Positions 28,400 through 42,212 of a stretch of DNA of 64,000 bases are shown in pieces. The first letter of the stretch is position 1; every line of letters begins with the position of its first letter. The position numbers and the translations under genes are program-made. The notes beneath the pieces were generated by a model. It worked only from the letters and a program-made list of their open reading frames with translations, ran no database searches and had not been told where the DNA came from. The stretch comes from Mobula hypostoma (lineage: Eukaryota): assembly GCF_963921235.1 (NCBI RefSeq), contig NC_086107.1, positions 93,622,001 to 93,686,000 of the forward strand, read 5' to 3'.

Positions 28400-28697
28400 T
28401 AAACATTTATTGACAGTGACAAAATGACATTATAAATTATTGAGAATATCACTTTGCTCACAGAAGGATTCATAATTTTCCCAACAAACAGAACAGTCCA
28501 ATAAACAAGCACAAGTGGCAGGAGACAGTTCACACGTCTGAATGAACAGTTTATTGTATGGATGTCGCAGACGCTCAGGCACTCTGTTTCTCTGACAGGC
28601 CTCTGTCCCACACCAGAGGAGCCGAGATTCGTTTCATCTTGGGTCCACTTGTTCCCTGACATGAGCATCTGATAAAGTCACCGCCACCGGGAGCAAT
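28400..28697 (-). CDS. Candidate terminal exon F of the - strand gene (coding 28678-28697, then 3' UTR)
   Basis: Acceptor ctaattcatcttcttacag; phase-1 frame (D)CSRWR*; AATAAA on the - strand at 28550-28555 and 28406-28411. Confidence 0.45.
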
Positions 28698-28949
28698 CTG
28701 TAAGAAGATGAATTAGTCCTAGCACTGCCTTGTCTAGTGCTCTGTGCTCTCAGCACGCTGCTGCTGAAATGGCCCATCAATATTTTAACACTCAAAAACC
28801 AAATACAATCCATCAATGGTGCCAGGCCCTCAAATGCTGCCAGCAATCTTCACCTAGGGAAGAGGGGAGGGCGGGAACCCGGATATTTCAAAACTAACAA
28901 TAGCAATCCTGAAGACCATCTTACACCCTTCCCAATTTCAGACTCATCA

Positions 28950-30130
28950 AGCTGGTGAAGATCTCATTGAAACCTATCGAAAACTGTAAAGCCAGGATAG
29001 AGTGGTCATGAAGAGGAGTCTAGGACCAGAGGGAACAGCGTCGGGATACAAGGATGTCCATTTACAACAGATATGAGGAGGAATTTTTTGAGCCGGAGGG
29101 TGGTGAATCTGGGGAATTCATTGCCTCAGACGGCTTTGGAGGCCAAGTCACTGGGTGTGTTTAAGGAGGAGTTTGATAGACTCTTAATTACTAAGAGTGT
29201 CAAAGGTTATGTGGAGAAGGTAGGAGAATGGGGTTGAAAGGGATAATAAGTCAGCCATGATGGAATGGTGCAGCAGACTTGATGGGCCAATTGGTCTAAT
29301 TCTGCTCCTTTATCTCATCATCCCAGCTCTTACATCTAATTTAAAATATTGCCATGGAGGTGTCAAAGGAATATAGAAGAAAGGGAAGAGATTTGATTGC
29401 AGTGGGCACATTTCTGAAGTGGCTTGTTGGGTTAAATACTGATAAGAGATCCTTGCACCAAGGCAATATTTTAGAATAAGAGATTGCCCGTCTGAGATGG
29501 ATATGAAGATCTTCTTATCTGGAAGCTTATGCGATTTCTTGGAGCGTGGGAGAATGAGGGGAGATTTGATTGAGAGAAACAAATTTATGAGGGGTTTAGA
29601 TAGGGTAAACGCAAGTAGGCTATTTCCACTGAGGTTGGGTGAGACTACAACTAAAGATAGGTACTAGAGGTAAAACTCAAGGATGTAGGAACTTTAAAGA
29701 GTGTGCAGAGGAGATTTATCAATGCTGCCTGGTTAGAGAGCATGTCTTATGAGGATAGGTTGAGCGAACTAGGGCTTTTCATTTTGCAGTGAAGAAGGAT
29801 GATAGAGGTGCACAAGATGATAAGAAACATAGATTGAGTGAATAGCCAGAAAAAATTTCCCAGGGCAGAAATGGCTAATACAAGAGGGCATAACTTTAAG
29901 GTGATTGGAGGAAAGTGTAGGGGAGATGTCATATCGAGGTTTATTACACAGTAGAGCAGTAGATGTGTGAAATGCACTGCTGGGGTGATTTCAGAAGCAG
30001 ATACATTAGGGACATTTCATAGCACGTGGATGATAGAAGAATGGAGAACCGTGTGGGAGGGAAGGGTTAGATTGATCTTAGGGTAGGTTAAAATCATGGG
30101 CTGAAGGGCCTGTACTGTGCTGTTCTCTTG
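28950..30130 (+). mobile_element. Several CR1 3' fragments
   Basis: Repeated GDLIE / FFSQRVVNLW-type coding remnants and gggcctgtactgtgctgt tails. Confidence 0.8.
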
Positions 30131-30138
30131 TACTAAAC

Positions 30139-30233
30139 CACAGAAGCAAAACTTTTCCTCTTTGAGACCCTGCTCAGTGTTCTTCAAGTTCCTCTCTGCG
30201 TCCACAGCCAAGTCAGGTTCCAAACTCTGTATC
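30139..30233 (-). CDS. Candidate exon E of the - strand gene
   Basis: Acceptor cttgtgtctcgctgcag; the only open frame is phase 2 to 1, IQSLEPDLAVDAERNLKNTEQGLKEEKFCFC. The donor G|GTTTAG is weak. Confidence 0.35.
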
Positions 30234-30369
30234 CTGCAGCGAGACACAAGTCGGCAGTAAAGTTGCAGCTGATGCTATTCAGTGCACAAAGGACGTGTGA
30301 TGTTCCTCTTTTCATATCTCCTGACCATATAGAAGGAGGACAGTCAGCCCATCAACTTTATGTTGGCAC

Positions 30370-31150
30370 TTAGAAGTATAGAGTCAAGTAGCATAGAAAC
30401 AGGCCCGCTTTTGGCCCATCTGGCCCATGCCAACCATGATTCCAATCTAAACCAGTCTCATTTGCCCACGTTTAGCCCATATCCTTCTAAACCTTTCCTA
30501 TCCATATGCCTGTCCAACTGTCTTATTCATGTTGTCAACGTGCCTGCCTCAGCCACTTCCTCGGGCAGCTCATTCCAGATACTGACCGCCCTCTGGGTCA
30601 AAAAGCTGAATGGTAAGTCTCCCACAGCTTACCGTAAGTTTGAGAGGTGACCTGATGGAGGTGTATAAGATGATGAGAGGCATTGATCGCGTGGATAGCC
30701 AGAAGCTTTATCCCAGGGTGAAAATGGCTAACATAAGGGGGCATAGTTTTAAGGTGCTTGGAAGTAGGTACAGCAGGGATGTCAGAGGTACGTTTTTCAC
30801 ACAGAGAATGGTGGGAGCATGGAATGCACTGATGGGGTCAGTGGTGGGGGTGGATACAATAGGGTCTTTTAAGAGACTCTTAGACAGGTACATGGAGCTT
30901 AGAAAAATAGAGGGCTATGCGGTAGGGTAACTCTAGGCAGTTTCTAGAGTAGGTTACGTGGTCAGCACAATATCGTGGGCCGAAGGGCCTGTAATGTGCT
31001 GTAGATTTCCTTCTATGTTCTATAAATCTATTCCCTGTAATTCTAGATTTCCCTCCCCAGGGAAAAAGACAGTGTGCATTCACCCTATCTATGACACTCA
31101 TGATTGTATAATTTCTATAATACTGTATAGCCCTTCATTCTCCTACACTC
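30370..31150. mobile_element. Antisense CR1 tail interrupted by a sense CR1 3' fragment (30640-31020)
   Basis: ORF 30610-30930 has LRGDLMEVYKMMRGIDRVD; flanks are antisense CR1 3' sequence. Confidence 0.82.
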
Positions 31151-31739
31151 CAATGTATAGGTTATATGCAATAGTGGACAAAAAACGTCAGTGCAAAAGC
31201 GAGGTGGTCGGTACCGTTCCGTTGCTAGGGTAGAGTTAGGGTTGTGCAGGTTGGTTCAACAACCTGATGGTTGTAGGGAAGTATGTAGCTGTTCCCGAAC
31301 GTGGTGGTGTGGCACTTTAGGGTTCCGTCCTATCAGCAGGGAGAGGGGATGACCTGGACGGCGTGGGTCCATGATGACAGATACTTCCGTCTTGAGGCAG
31401 TACCTCCTGTAGACGCTGTGAGTGGAGGGAGGGGAGCGGTGCCCATGATGGGTTGGGCTGTGTCTACATTGCGGACAGATCATTAAAAGTTGCCACACAG
31501 GTAGAATAGCTGATGAAACGTTGACTATTACCCCAAAGGAGGTGAATTGCACAAGTGAAGGGTGAGCTGGAGGATTCATCTCGGCCCCATTTCATAGAAA
31601 GAAGCATCAAAAGGAACACAATGTACACTAAGCTGAGTGGGCGCGGGCAGAATATTTTAAAATATGAAGCAAAGTTACAGGTTTATTCTTTAGGAAAATT
31701 GAGCCGTGATCAACCTAAGGTGCAAAACCAAAATACAGC

Positions 31740-32310
31740 AGATTTAGATTTCGATTTAGAATTTTACTTCTTACATCCATCTCACAACATGAGGGCGTAA
31801 GAATCTTTCTGTTGCATCTCTGTCACTATGTAGAAACAATAAGGAAGGGAGATGTGGGAGGATATTGCCCGAACAGGAAGATTGTGTACAGAATTGTTTT
31901 GTATATGTGTATATACAGTCAGATACAATGTACAGTCAGATATGCAATCAGATCAATTGATCAGTCTGATGGCCTGGTGAAAGAAGCTGTCCCAGAGCCT
32001 GTTGGTCCTGGCCTTAAAGCTATGGTACGGTTTGCCAAACAGAAGCCGCTGAAACAGTGTGTGGTTGGGGTGGCTGGAGTCCCTGATGATATTTCAGGCC
32101 CTTTTTACGTACCTGCTGCTGTAAATGTCCTGAATAGTGGAACGTTCACATCCACAGATGCGCTGGGCTGTCGGCACCACTCCCTGCAGTGCCCGGTGAC
32201 TGAGCGTAGTACAGTTCCCGTACCAGGCAGTGACACAGCCAGTCGGGATGCTCTCGATGGTGCCCCTGTAGAAAGTTCTGAGTATTTGGGGACTCGGATG
32301 CTCTAAACCT
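31740..32310 (-). mobile_element. Rex/Babar-type LINE 3' fragment
   Basis: Antisense FYRGTIESILTGCVTAWY-like remnant; homologous to 38745-39345. Confidence 0.75.
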
Positions 32311-33054
32311 GAGATAAGAACAGGAAATGCAGGTCAAATAGCATCTGTGGGGAAAGAATATTTCCAAATCAATGAATGGATTATAACTAAAACTGAACAG
32401 GGGATTGCTGACTGTATTCTCCAGCGTGGGCAGCATGGTCTCTTAGCAGTTAGCACAAACACTTAAGACGCCAGCAATCACTGAATGGGGTTCAATTTCA
32501 CCGCTGCCTATAAGGAGTTTGCACATTCTCCCCACGATCGTGTGGGTTTCCTTCGGGTGCTCCTGTTTCCTGCCAAGTTCCAGGTACATACAGGTTAGAG
32601 TGAATGAGTTGTGGGCATGTTATTTTAAGACCGGAAGCATGGTGACAGTTACAGGCTTTCCCCAGCCAGCACACCCTTGGACTGTGTTAGTCGATGACAC
32701 AATTGAAGCGTTTCACTGCGTGTTTCAGTGTGACAAATTAAGCTAATCTTTGATCTTTAAATGGAGTAACACCACAATTACAAAGTCTGAAGGTGCACGC
32801 ATTTTAAACAGGCACAACAGTTAAAGAGGGTGAGGAGGAAATCATTTAGTCTGACATGAAGCCTTCAGTGTGGATGGTATTAGAGAAAGATAAGTGGCCA
32901 AGGACATGGCAAATGGAATGGAATGTAAAAAATAATGTGAGCTCATCCTCTCCTGTCAAAGAAATAATAAAACAATATTTTCTTTAAATGGCAAGCTTGG
33001 CTCACTATATGCTTAACACCGTGAGGTTAAGTTCAACTCCAATGCCATATTTAA

Positions 33055-35095
33055 TCAGAATCAGAATCTGGATTAATATTACCAGTATATGTCGTGATAT
33101 TTGTTAACTTTGCAGCAGCAGTACAATGCAATACGTGATAATAGAGGAAAAAACTGTGAATTATTTATATATTAAATAGTTAAGTCAAATAAGCAGTGCA
33201 AAAATAGAAATAAAAAAATTGTGAGATAGTGTACGTGTGTTCAATGTCCATTCAGAAATCGGATGGCAAAGGGGAAGAGGCTGTTCCTGAGTCGCTGAGT
33301 GTGTGCCTTCAGGCTTCTGTACCTCCTTCCAGACAGTAACAGTGAGAACAAGGCGTGACCTGGGCGATGGGGGTCCTTAATGATGGATGCCACCTTTTTG
33401 AGGCATCGCTCCTTGTAGATGTCCTAGCTACTACACAGGGTAGTACCCATGATGGAGATGACTAAGTTTACAACTCTGCTGCTTACTTCAGTTCTGTGCT
33501 GTAGCCACCCCCACCCACCCCATACCAGATGGCGATGCAACCAGTTAGAACGCCCTCCGGGGTAAATCTGTAGAAATTTTCGAGTGTTTTTGGTGACATA
33601 GCAAGTCTTCTCAAACTCCTAAAGAAATATAGCCACTGTCCTGCATTCTTTGTAGCTGCATCAATATGCTGGGTCCAGGTTAAATCCTCAGAGATATTGA
33701 CACCCAGGAACTTGAAATTGATTACTCTCTCCACTTCTGATCCCTCGATGAGGACTGGTGTGTGTTCGCTCATCTTACCCTTTCTGAAGTCCACGGTCAG
33801 TTTTTTGGTCTTACTGACGTTGAGTGTAAGGCTGACACCACTCAACTAACTGATATATCTTGCTCCTGTACGCCCTCTCATCAGCATCTGAAATTCTGCC
33901 AACAATGTATCATCAGCTAATTTATAGATGGCATTTGAGCTGTGCCTAAACACACAGTCACAAGCATAGACGGAGTAGAGAGGCGGGCTGAGCACGCACC
34001 CCTGAGGCCCACCAGTGTTGATCATCAGCGAGGTGGAGATGTTGCTTCTGATCCGCACAGGTTGTGGTCTCCCGGTTAGGAAGTCGAAGATCTAGTGGTA
34101 GTACAGAGGCCCACATTCTGGAGCATTTCAGTCAGTTTGCTGACAATACCACTGTTGTGGGCTGAGTCAAAGATGGCAACGAATCAGCATGTAGGAGGGA
34201 GATTGAAAATTTGGTTGAATGGTGTCACAACAACAACCTGTCTCTCAATGACAGAAAAACTGAAGCCCTGATGATTGACTACTGGAGGAGGAAATTGGAG
34301 GTCTATGAGCCAGTCCTCATCAGGGGATCAGAGGCGGAGAACTTCAGCAACTTCAAGCTCCTTGGTGTTATCATTTCAGAGGATCTGCCCTGGGTCCAGT
34401 ATATAATGACGGCACCTCTACTTAGAAGTTTGTACAGATTCGGAAAGTCATCTAAAACTTTGTCAAACTTCTATAGATGCTCAGTGGAGGGTATACTGAC
34501 TGGCTGCATCATGGCCTGAATAGCATGAAACACAAATGCCCTTGAATGGGAAAATACTGCAATACTGTATGTAACGGACACAGCCCAGTCCATCATGTGT
34601 AAGCTGTCACCACCACTGAACACATTTACAAGGAGCACTGCCGCAGGAAACAGCATCCATCACCAAGAACTCCCACCAGCCAGGCCATGCTCTCTTCTTG
34701 TTGCTACCATTAGAAAGGAGATACAGGATCCTCAAGTCCTACACCACCAGGTTCAGGAACAGTTATTACCCTTCAACCATCGGACGCCTGAACCAAAGAG
34801 GATAAGTTTGAACATCCCATCACCGAACTGATTCTGCAACCTATGGACTCACTTTTAAGTACTCTACAACACATGTTTTGATATTTAATGATTTTTTTTC
34901 TTTTCTTTTTGTACTTGTAGTTCGTTGTCTTCTGCAGATTGATTATTTGTCCATCTGTTTTGTATGGTTTTTCATTGATTCTGTTGTGCTTCTTCCTATT
35001 TACTGTGAATATTCACAAGAAAATGAACCTCACAGCCGTATATGGTGACATATAAGTGCTTTGATAATAAAATTACTTTGAAATTTGAACTTTGA
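33055..35095. mobile_element. Two Rex/Babar-type LINE fragments, back to back (33055-34100 on -, 34130-35095 on +)
   Basis: [36 protein letters not shown] and GILTGCI motifs; short tandem 3' tails. Confidence 0.85.
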
Positions 35096-35164
35096 GAAAA
35101 TTGAAAATTGCCGGAGTTCAGGTTAACTTGTGTGTCCTTGCACTACAGGTTAATGTGTGATACA

Positions 35165-35505
35165 GCAATTAGCCTCTACCAAAGGAGGTGTAAAATGCCC
35201 TTTCCTTCCACTAGCCTTCAGGTCACCCTTGGGCAAGGTGTAATACCTGCTTAGTTCCCCTGACCAGGGTCACATGAAGCCATAGAAGCAGATAGTGGAA
35301 GGTCATATGAGCAGCTGGTGCACAAGTCCTGGTTATGCGACCCCTGACACCGGGCAATCTCTGAAGAGTATTGACAATGGCTGGGGTCACCCATCTTGTA
35401 AACACACTGCCCAGAAGAAGGCAATGATAAACTACTTGTGTAAAAAGTTTGCCAAGAACAATCACGGCCATGAATAGACCATGATCCCCCACGGCACATA
35501 AGGAA
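35165..35505 (+). mobile_element. RTE-associated non-autonomous element (SINE-like)
   Basis: Homologous to 49685-49912; gaagaaggcaatgataaactacttgtgta...ttgccaagaac resembles RTE/Bov-A-type bipartite SINE sequence. Confidence 0.55.
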
Positions 35506-35589
35506 AAAAATGAACAGAAATCAGCTAGAAAGACGAGTGTACATTGGCCTTCATTACAAGAAGGTTTGAATATACCGTACTGTAATTCA

Positions 35590-37100
35590 GGAGATGCCTA
35601 TATTTAACACTAGCCTAATCACGGGACAATTTACAATGACCAATAACCTACCAACCGGTAGGTCTTTGGACTGTGGGAGAAAACTAGAACACCTGGAGGA
35701 AACCCACGTGGTCACGGGGAGAACGTACAAACTCCTTACAGACGGTGTTGAATTCTGAACTCTGGAATTCCCCGAGCCGTAATAGCTTCGCCCAAACCAC
35801 CACGCTACCGTAGCCCCCGTGGAATTCATTGCAACAGACGACTTTTAGAGACCAAGTCATTGGGTACTGTATATTTATAGTGCAGGTTGATAAGTTCTTG
35901 ATTAGTCAGGGCATTGAAGGTTAGGGGGAGAAGGTAAAGGAACGAGGTTGAGAGGGATAATAAGTCAGCCATGGTGAAATGGTGGAGCAGAGTCAATGGG
36001 CCGAAAGGCCCGAATTCTGCTCCTGTGTTTTTTAGTCTTATCCCCATGCTGCCCATTGTACTGGAATACAGACATTGGATATGGAACAGTACAACACAGG
36101 AATAGTTCAAAGGGCTCACAATGTTGTGCTGAATCAGCTAAAATGCAAATCAAAAACACCCAAACACTAATCCCTCCTACCTACACCATGTCCATATCCC
36201 TCCATCTTGCTTACATCCAACTGCCTAACCAAACGTCTCTTTAAAGCCTCCAATGTATTTGTCTCTACCGCCATACCAAGCAGCGATTTCCAGGTATCCA
36301 TCTCTCTCTGAGTGAAAAATTTACCCTCTCTTTCCCCTTGAACCTACCGCTTCTCACCTCCAATGCATGCCCTCTGGTATTAGACATTTCTACCTCGGGA
36401 TTCAGATACTTCCTGTCTACTCTGTCGATGCCTCACATAATCTTATAAACCCAGAGCAGATCTCCCCTCAGCCTCCACTGCTCCAGAGAAAACAACCAAA
36501 GTTTGTCCAGCCTCTCGTGATAGCTCATGCCCTCTAAACCAAGCAGTATCCTGGTAAACCTCTTCTGCACCCTCTCCAAAGCCTCAATATCCTTCCTACA
36601 GTGGGGTGACCAGAACTGTATGCAGTACTCCAGATGTGGCCTAATCAGAGTTTTATGAAGTTGCAACATAACCTCTTGACTTTTGAACTCAATGCCTCAA
36701 CTAATAAAAGCAAGCATTCCATAAGCCTTCGTAACCACCTTATCGACCTGTGTGGCCACTTTCAAGGAGTGATGAAATTGGACCCCAAGATCTCTCTGCT
36801 CAGCGGCACTATAAAGGGTCTTGCTCTTAACAGTGTATTGTCTCCTTGTATTTTCCCTACCAAAGTGCAACGCCTCACATTTATCTGGATTAAACTCCAT
36901 CTGCCATTTCTCTGCCCATATCTGTAACTGATCAATATCACACTGTATTCTTTGCCAGTCCTCTACACTATCCACAACTCCACCAATCTTGTTATCATCC
37001 ACAAATTTACCAACCCATCCATCTACATTTTCATCCAAGTCATTTATATACATCACAAATAGCAGAGGTCCCAGCACAGATCCCTGTGGAACACCACAAG
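35590..37100. mobile_element. V-SINE (-), CR1 tail (+) and CR1 RT-to-tail fragment (36070-37100, -)
   Basis: ORFs LGPLLFVMYINDLD...KFVDDNKIGG and RPHLEYCIQFWSP. Confidence 0.88.
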
Positions 37101-37885
37101 ACCTGGTCTGATCTGGTGTTTTTGTGCCTTATTGATCCGGGTTCTTATCTAGATGCTACTTAAATGTAGTGAGAGTCTCTGCTGTCTCACAGAATGTGTT
37201 CCAGATTCCAATCCCCCTCTGCGTTAAAGGAAAGTTCTACTTCCAAACCACTTTCACCTCCTGGTACCTACATCTGCGGCTCAGATGCAGGGTGTGACAC
37301 AAATCTTGCCTTCCACAGCTGCTGCCTGACCCATTGAGTTCTTCCAGCAGACTGTTTGTTGCCCCAGAGTCCAGCATCTGCTGATCTTCTGTACCTCGGG
37401 CAAGGTGGAAAAGGAGTTGGCTTCTTCCAGCAGGTAGTTTGCTCTGTCTATTGTAAACGTCCACATCATGGGGTTAATATTCTTACATTCCACCATTTCT
37501 GTCCCCTTCAGAGTTCCATGTACCTCAATCAGGGCTTGTCCCAGCATTTCTCTGGCGCCATCTCACCTCCCGCCCACTGGCTGGGAAATGTAGGCTCCAC
37601 AAGGCTGCAGAGTTCCAAATCAAAAACCCAACTTCCAAACTACCTCAGTGGCCATGAAGCGTTTTAGAAAACGTTGCATCTGCAAAAGGTGCTGCAGAGG
37701 TGCCGCTCCCTCCCCCTTCCCTCACCCCCAACCCCTATCCCACCTCTCGCAACATCGACAGCACCAGGACTGGCAGATGGGCCTGGTAGGAACTGCAGAC
37801 AAACCCAGTACGGGTAAGGTGTACGGTGTAGTGTCTCAGTATGACCCGCGATGTGGTTCTGTATGTAGCACCTAGATACTAGTGT

Positions 37886-38120
37886 ATACACACACACACA
37901 CATCACACACGCATACTCACACATACCACATGCATACACACACACACACACACACCACACACACAAATATGCACACACTTCACATACACACACAGAGACA
38001 AAGACACATACACACACACCCATTCAAACACAAACACATACACACACACACACAGACACACACACCACATACATACACACACACACAGCACACACACTCA
38101 CACACAACACATACACAAAC
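37886..38120. repeat. Imperfect (CA)n microsatellite
   Basis: Directly visible. Confidence 0.97.
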
Positions 38121-38744
38121 AAAATGAATGTCTCTTTATCATTCTTTGAAACTTCCAAACAGTTAAATTTTGTATCTCTGTAAATAGTCTCAGAATAGTT
38201 ATCAATCTAAACAGCAGCACCTGGAAGTCCTGGTCACAATTTTTCATGATGGCAAAGCAGCTGGGTACAGTCAGGCATTGAGTATTTCTGTCAGGGAAGC
38301 CTGACTTGTCACAGAACAAATAATAACAAGAAAAATCATTAAATACTGTGCATCTGATAATTTTTTTTAAATCAGTGACAACCTCCTATTGACATGCTGA
38401 AGCAATAATTTTGGACTCAACTTCACTCAACTTATTGCTTCACAACCTGTTATAGCAAATCCAGCACACAGGGACGCAAGAGGCTGCAGAGAATAGCGCG
38501 CACAGCCCACTTCCCACCACTGACGGCATCTACAAGAGGGGGTATCTATCATCAAGGATCACCCCTCCCGCACCATCCAGGCATTGTTCTCTTCCCACTG
38601 CTACCATCAGGCAGGAGTTTGAAGTCCCACAGCTCAAGGTTCAGGAACAGCTTGTTCTTGAACTGACCTTCACAACCCTAACTCTACCTCAGCGACAGAA
38701 CACTACAGTCCTCTTGCACGACAACGGACTTGCATTTTCTTTTA

Positions 38745-39345
38745 CAGAGGAATGGAGACAGGCTCGCCCTGATCAACATCAATGGGACTGCAGTTGGGAG
38801 GGTGAGTAGTTTCAAGTTCCTCGGTATACACATCACCAAAGATCTCACCTGGACTGTACACACTGGCTTTGTGGCAAAAAAGCACAACAGCGTCTTTTCC
38901 ACCTCAAGCGACTGAAGAAGTTCGGCATGAGCCCTTAAATCCTCAAGACCTTCTACAGGGGCACTATTGAGAGCATCCTGACTAGCTGTATCACCGCCTG
39001 GTGTTGGAACTGCACCAGCCTTAATCACAGAGAGTGGTACGGACAGCCCAGCACATCTGTGGATGTGGACTTCCCTCCACTGAGGACATTTACAACAGCA
39101 GGTGCATAACGAAGGCCTGGAAGATCATTGGGGACACCAGCCACCCCGACCATAAACTGTTTCAGCTGTTTCTGTCTGGCAGCATTAAAGCCCGGACCAA
39201 CAGGCTACAGGACAGCTTCTTTCTTCAAGCCATTAGACCTTTAAATTCACATGTCTGTACATTGCGATGAAGTCATAATGCAAAGATGTTTACTCCCTCA
39301 CGTTGTGAGATTGTTGTAAGATTTAAATAAATTCAATTCAATTCA
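38745..39345 (+). mobile_element. Rex/Babar-type LINE 3' fragment
   Basis: SSFKFLGIHITKDLTW; tail aataaattcaattcaattca. Confidence 0.85.
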
Positions 39346-39384
39346 CATTCTTTTCCATTTGCACTAAACCTTTGTTAGCAGTTT

Positions 39385-39666
39385 TTTATTCTTCACAGAC
39401 TTGTATCATTTATGTCAGGTATACTGTCTGAATCAACGAGTCTGTGATGCCATTGTTTTTCATTATTCCAGTCAAAATGGCGCTGGTGTACAATACTCCT
39501 TCGGTTGACATCTTCTGGATAGACCATGAAACCATGTATTTCACTTCTTTTATGTCTTCTACGTCTGTTTTTTGTCTCGAATGTGATTCTGCAACTGTCG
39601 GAGCCTTTGATTTGCCGTTTGGAGACCATTTGGGCGTTCCAGCACTCTGCAGTCTCCGAGAGGATT
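39385..39666 (-). CDS. Candidate alternative terminal exon D of the - strand gene (coding 39393-39666)
   Basis: Acceptor gcctctgtcttccag; phase-2 frame open for 90 codons (ILSETAECWNAQMV...PDINDTSL*); AATAAA at 39385-39390, 2 nt after the stop. Confidence 0.5.
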
Positions 39667-39789
39667 CTGGAAGACAGAGGCAGCGTACATGACCCTCATG
39701 GTGAGGAGTGTACAGGGGGTACGAGCTGATGTTCAACTCCATTTCACCAATTAAAGCTTCCATTGTCCGCTGATTAAAGCAACGAGTGA

Positions 39790-40570
39790 GATTGAAACAT
39801 TGAGGCAAATGCGGAGGGTGAGCGCTGGCTGCCTGTCTTATGATTGCTCCATACTAGAGAGGGGAGAGCCAGCCACTGCGCCTGGAGAGTGCTGCTCAGG
39901 TTTTCTGCGCTTTGGATGTGGACTTGGACTATAGACTGTTTTTCAGTCTTATAGTTTTTTTTATATTCTGTATTTTTTGCCTGATCTTTCTCGTTTATTT
40001 TGTGCGGGGAGGGGGATTTGAGGGTCAACATGCCCGTTCAGTTTAGCTTGTATTTTTGTGTCGGAGGAGGGATTTGGGGGTTGATGTGCCTGTTCTATAT
40101 TTGTTCATTTTTTGTGCAGGGAGGGGTGATTTGGAGGTTGATTATGGTGCTGCCGTTCTTTTCTTTCTTGGTTTCATGGCTACTTGGAGAAGAAGAATTT
40201 CAGAGTTGTATATTTTGATAATAAATGAACCTCTGAGTCTTTGAACCTCACTGTACTCATGCACATGACAATAAACTCAACATGTCTTGAGTCCAAGGGA
40301 GAGAACAGGGGCAAAATAAATTAGCCATGATGGAATCCCGCTGCTGTCTGTAAGGAATGTGTATGTTCTCCCCATGACCACTTGGGTTTCCTCCAGGTTC
40401 TCCAGTTTCCTCCCACAGTCCAAAAAAAAAGTATTGGCTTGTAGATTAATTGGTCATTGTAAATTGTCCCTTGATCAGGCTAGGGTTAATTCGGGGGATT
40501 GCTGGGCAGCACGGCTCAAAGGACGGGAAGGGCCTATTCTGCGCTGTATGTCAATAAATAAGTAAACAAA
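39790..40570 (+). mobile_element. Non-coding retroelement 3' remnant and a V-SINE-related copy
   Basis: T/G-rich UTR ending ataataaatgaacc...tttgaacc; V-SINE core at 40380-40420. Confidence 0.6.
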
Positions 40571-41029
40571 CAAACAAATCCCATACCAGAGAAAGGAGAA
40601 TACTTCAGTAATCTAAGAGCAAAGTCTTACATTGTATCTGGTAGATACATGAGGGGAATTTCAGAGAGTCTTAGGTAGGCACATGGATAATAGAAAAATG
40701 GAAGGTTATGTTGGAGGGGAGGGTTAGATTGATCCAGCAATCCAAAGTATATGAATACAAATAAAAAACAGAGCCCAAATGGTGACAGGCATAAATGACT
40801 GATTGTGATACAGACAGAAAGACCATAAGATCATAAGACATAGCAGCAGAATTAGAAAAAGTAACATAACTGGAATAGTGATTTGATTGTGGTTATAAAG
40901 AAAGATTGCTAGGTGACTTGATAATACGATGAGACATAGATAAAGTGGACAGCCAGAGTGGAAATGGCTACACAAGAGGGCTTAATTTTAAGGTGACTGG
41001 ATGAAAGTATAGTGGGGATGTTAGACGTC

Positions 41030-41590
41030 AATCCTCCAGTCTCAAATAATAACGAGGCAGCCTACAGAGAAGAAGTCATCACCCTGACACAGTGGTGTCA
41101 AGAAAACAACCTCTCCCTCAATGTCGCAAAAACTAAAGAGCTGGTTGTGGGCTACAGGAGGAATGGAGACAGGCTAACCTCTATTGACATCAATAGATCA
41201 GGGGTTGAGAGGGTGAACAGCTTTAAGTTCCTCGGCATACACATCACTGAGGATTTCATGTGGTCTGCACATACCGTTTGTGTGGTGACAAAAACAACCC
41301 CAACCACAAACTGTTCCAGCTGCTACCATTCGGGAAATGGTATTGTAGCATAAAAGCCAGGACCAACAGGCTCTGGGACAGCTTCTTCCACCAGGCCATC
41401 AGACTGATTAATTCACACTGACACAGCTGTATTTCTATGCTATATTGACTGTCCTGTTGTATATACTATTTATTACAAATTACTATAAATTGCACATTGC
41501 ACAGTTAGACAGAGATATAACGTAAAGATTTTTACTCCTCATGTATGTGAAGGATGTAAGAAATAAAGTCAATTCAGTTCAATTCAGTCC
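41030..41590 (+). mobile_element. Rex/Babar-type LINE fragment with internal deletion
   Basis: WCQENNLSLNVAKTKELVV and FKFLGIHITED; tail aataaagtcaattcagttcaattca. Confidence 0.85.
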
Positions 41591-41699
41591 CAGAATTCTG
41601 CTGACAGGGTCTCACCTATCAACTCGCAAAATTGTTCTCCCACTGACAAGATTTCAGGTGTCAAAAGAGGAGAGACTCTGACTGCAGAATACCCAATTT

Positions 41700-42200
41700 C
41701 TTAAGGGCAGGGTATTTATATGGCTGGTCCAATTAATGCTGGCCGCTCAGGATGCTGTTGTGGTAGACGCCTGGATTCCTGCTGAAGATAGTCATTGCCT
41801 GACATGTGCTCTGCCACCTCACAACCCATGCCTGAATATTGCCTCGGACTTGCTACAGGCACAGAAATGTCACTTTTGGACAAGTCGCAAATAGGTTTGA
41901 ACATAGTGCAGTCATCATGATGATGGAAGGAATGTTATCGAAGAAACATCCACAGACGGTTGTCCCTGGGGCACTATCCTGAGGATGCTGTGGACCTCCA
42001 ACCACCACAAACAAATTCCCTTTTGTGAGGTGTGACCACAACAATGAAGGGTTTTGGCTTCTAACTCCACTGACCCAATTTCCCCCGGGATCAATAAAGT
42101 ATGACTACGACTATGACTATGACCCAGTTTGCTAGGACAACCTCAATACCACACACAAGGGACGTTGAAAGTCTGTCACTCTCACCTCACCAGGACTGCA
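41700..42200 (-). mobile_element. Old CR1/L2-group LINE RT remnant
   Basis: Antisense DDCTMF and QYSGMG/IQAW-like remnant, heavily decayed. Confidence 0.55.
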
Positions 42201-42212
42201 AACTGTTTGATA

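Noticed and set aside
37395..37547. Apparent - strand exon MLGQALIEVHGTLKGTEMVECKNINPMM
   Set aside because: It resembles decayed CR1 GDLIEVYKILKG..FPM sequence and lacks a pyrimidine-rich acceptor.
37664..38127. His/Thr-rich and Cys/Val-rich ORFs
   Set aside because: Translations of the (CA)n microsatellite.
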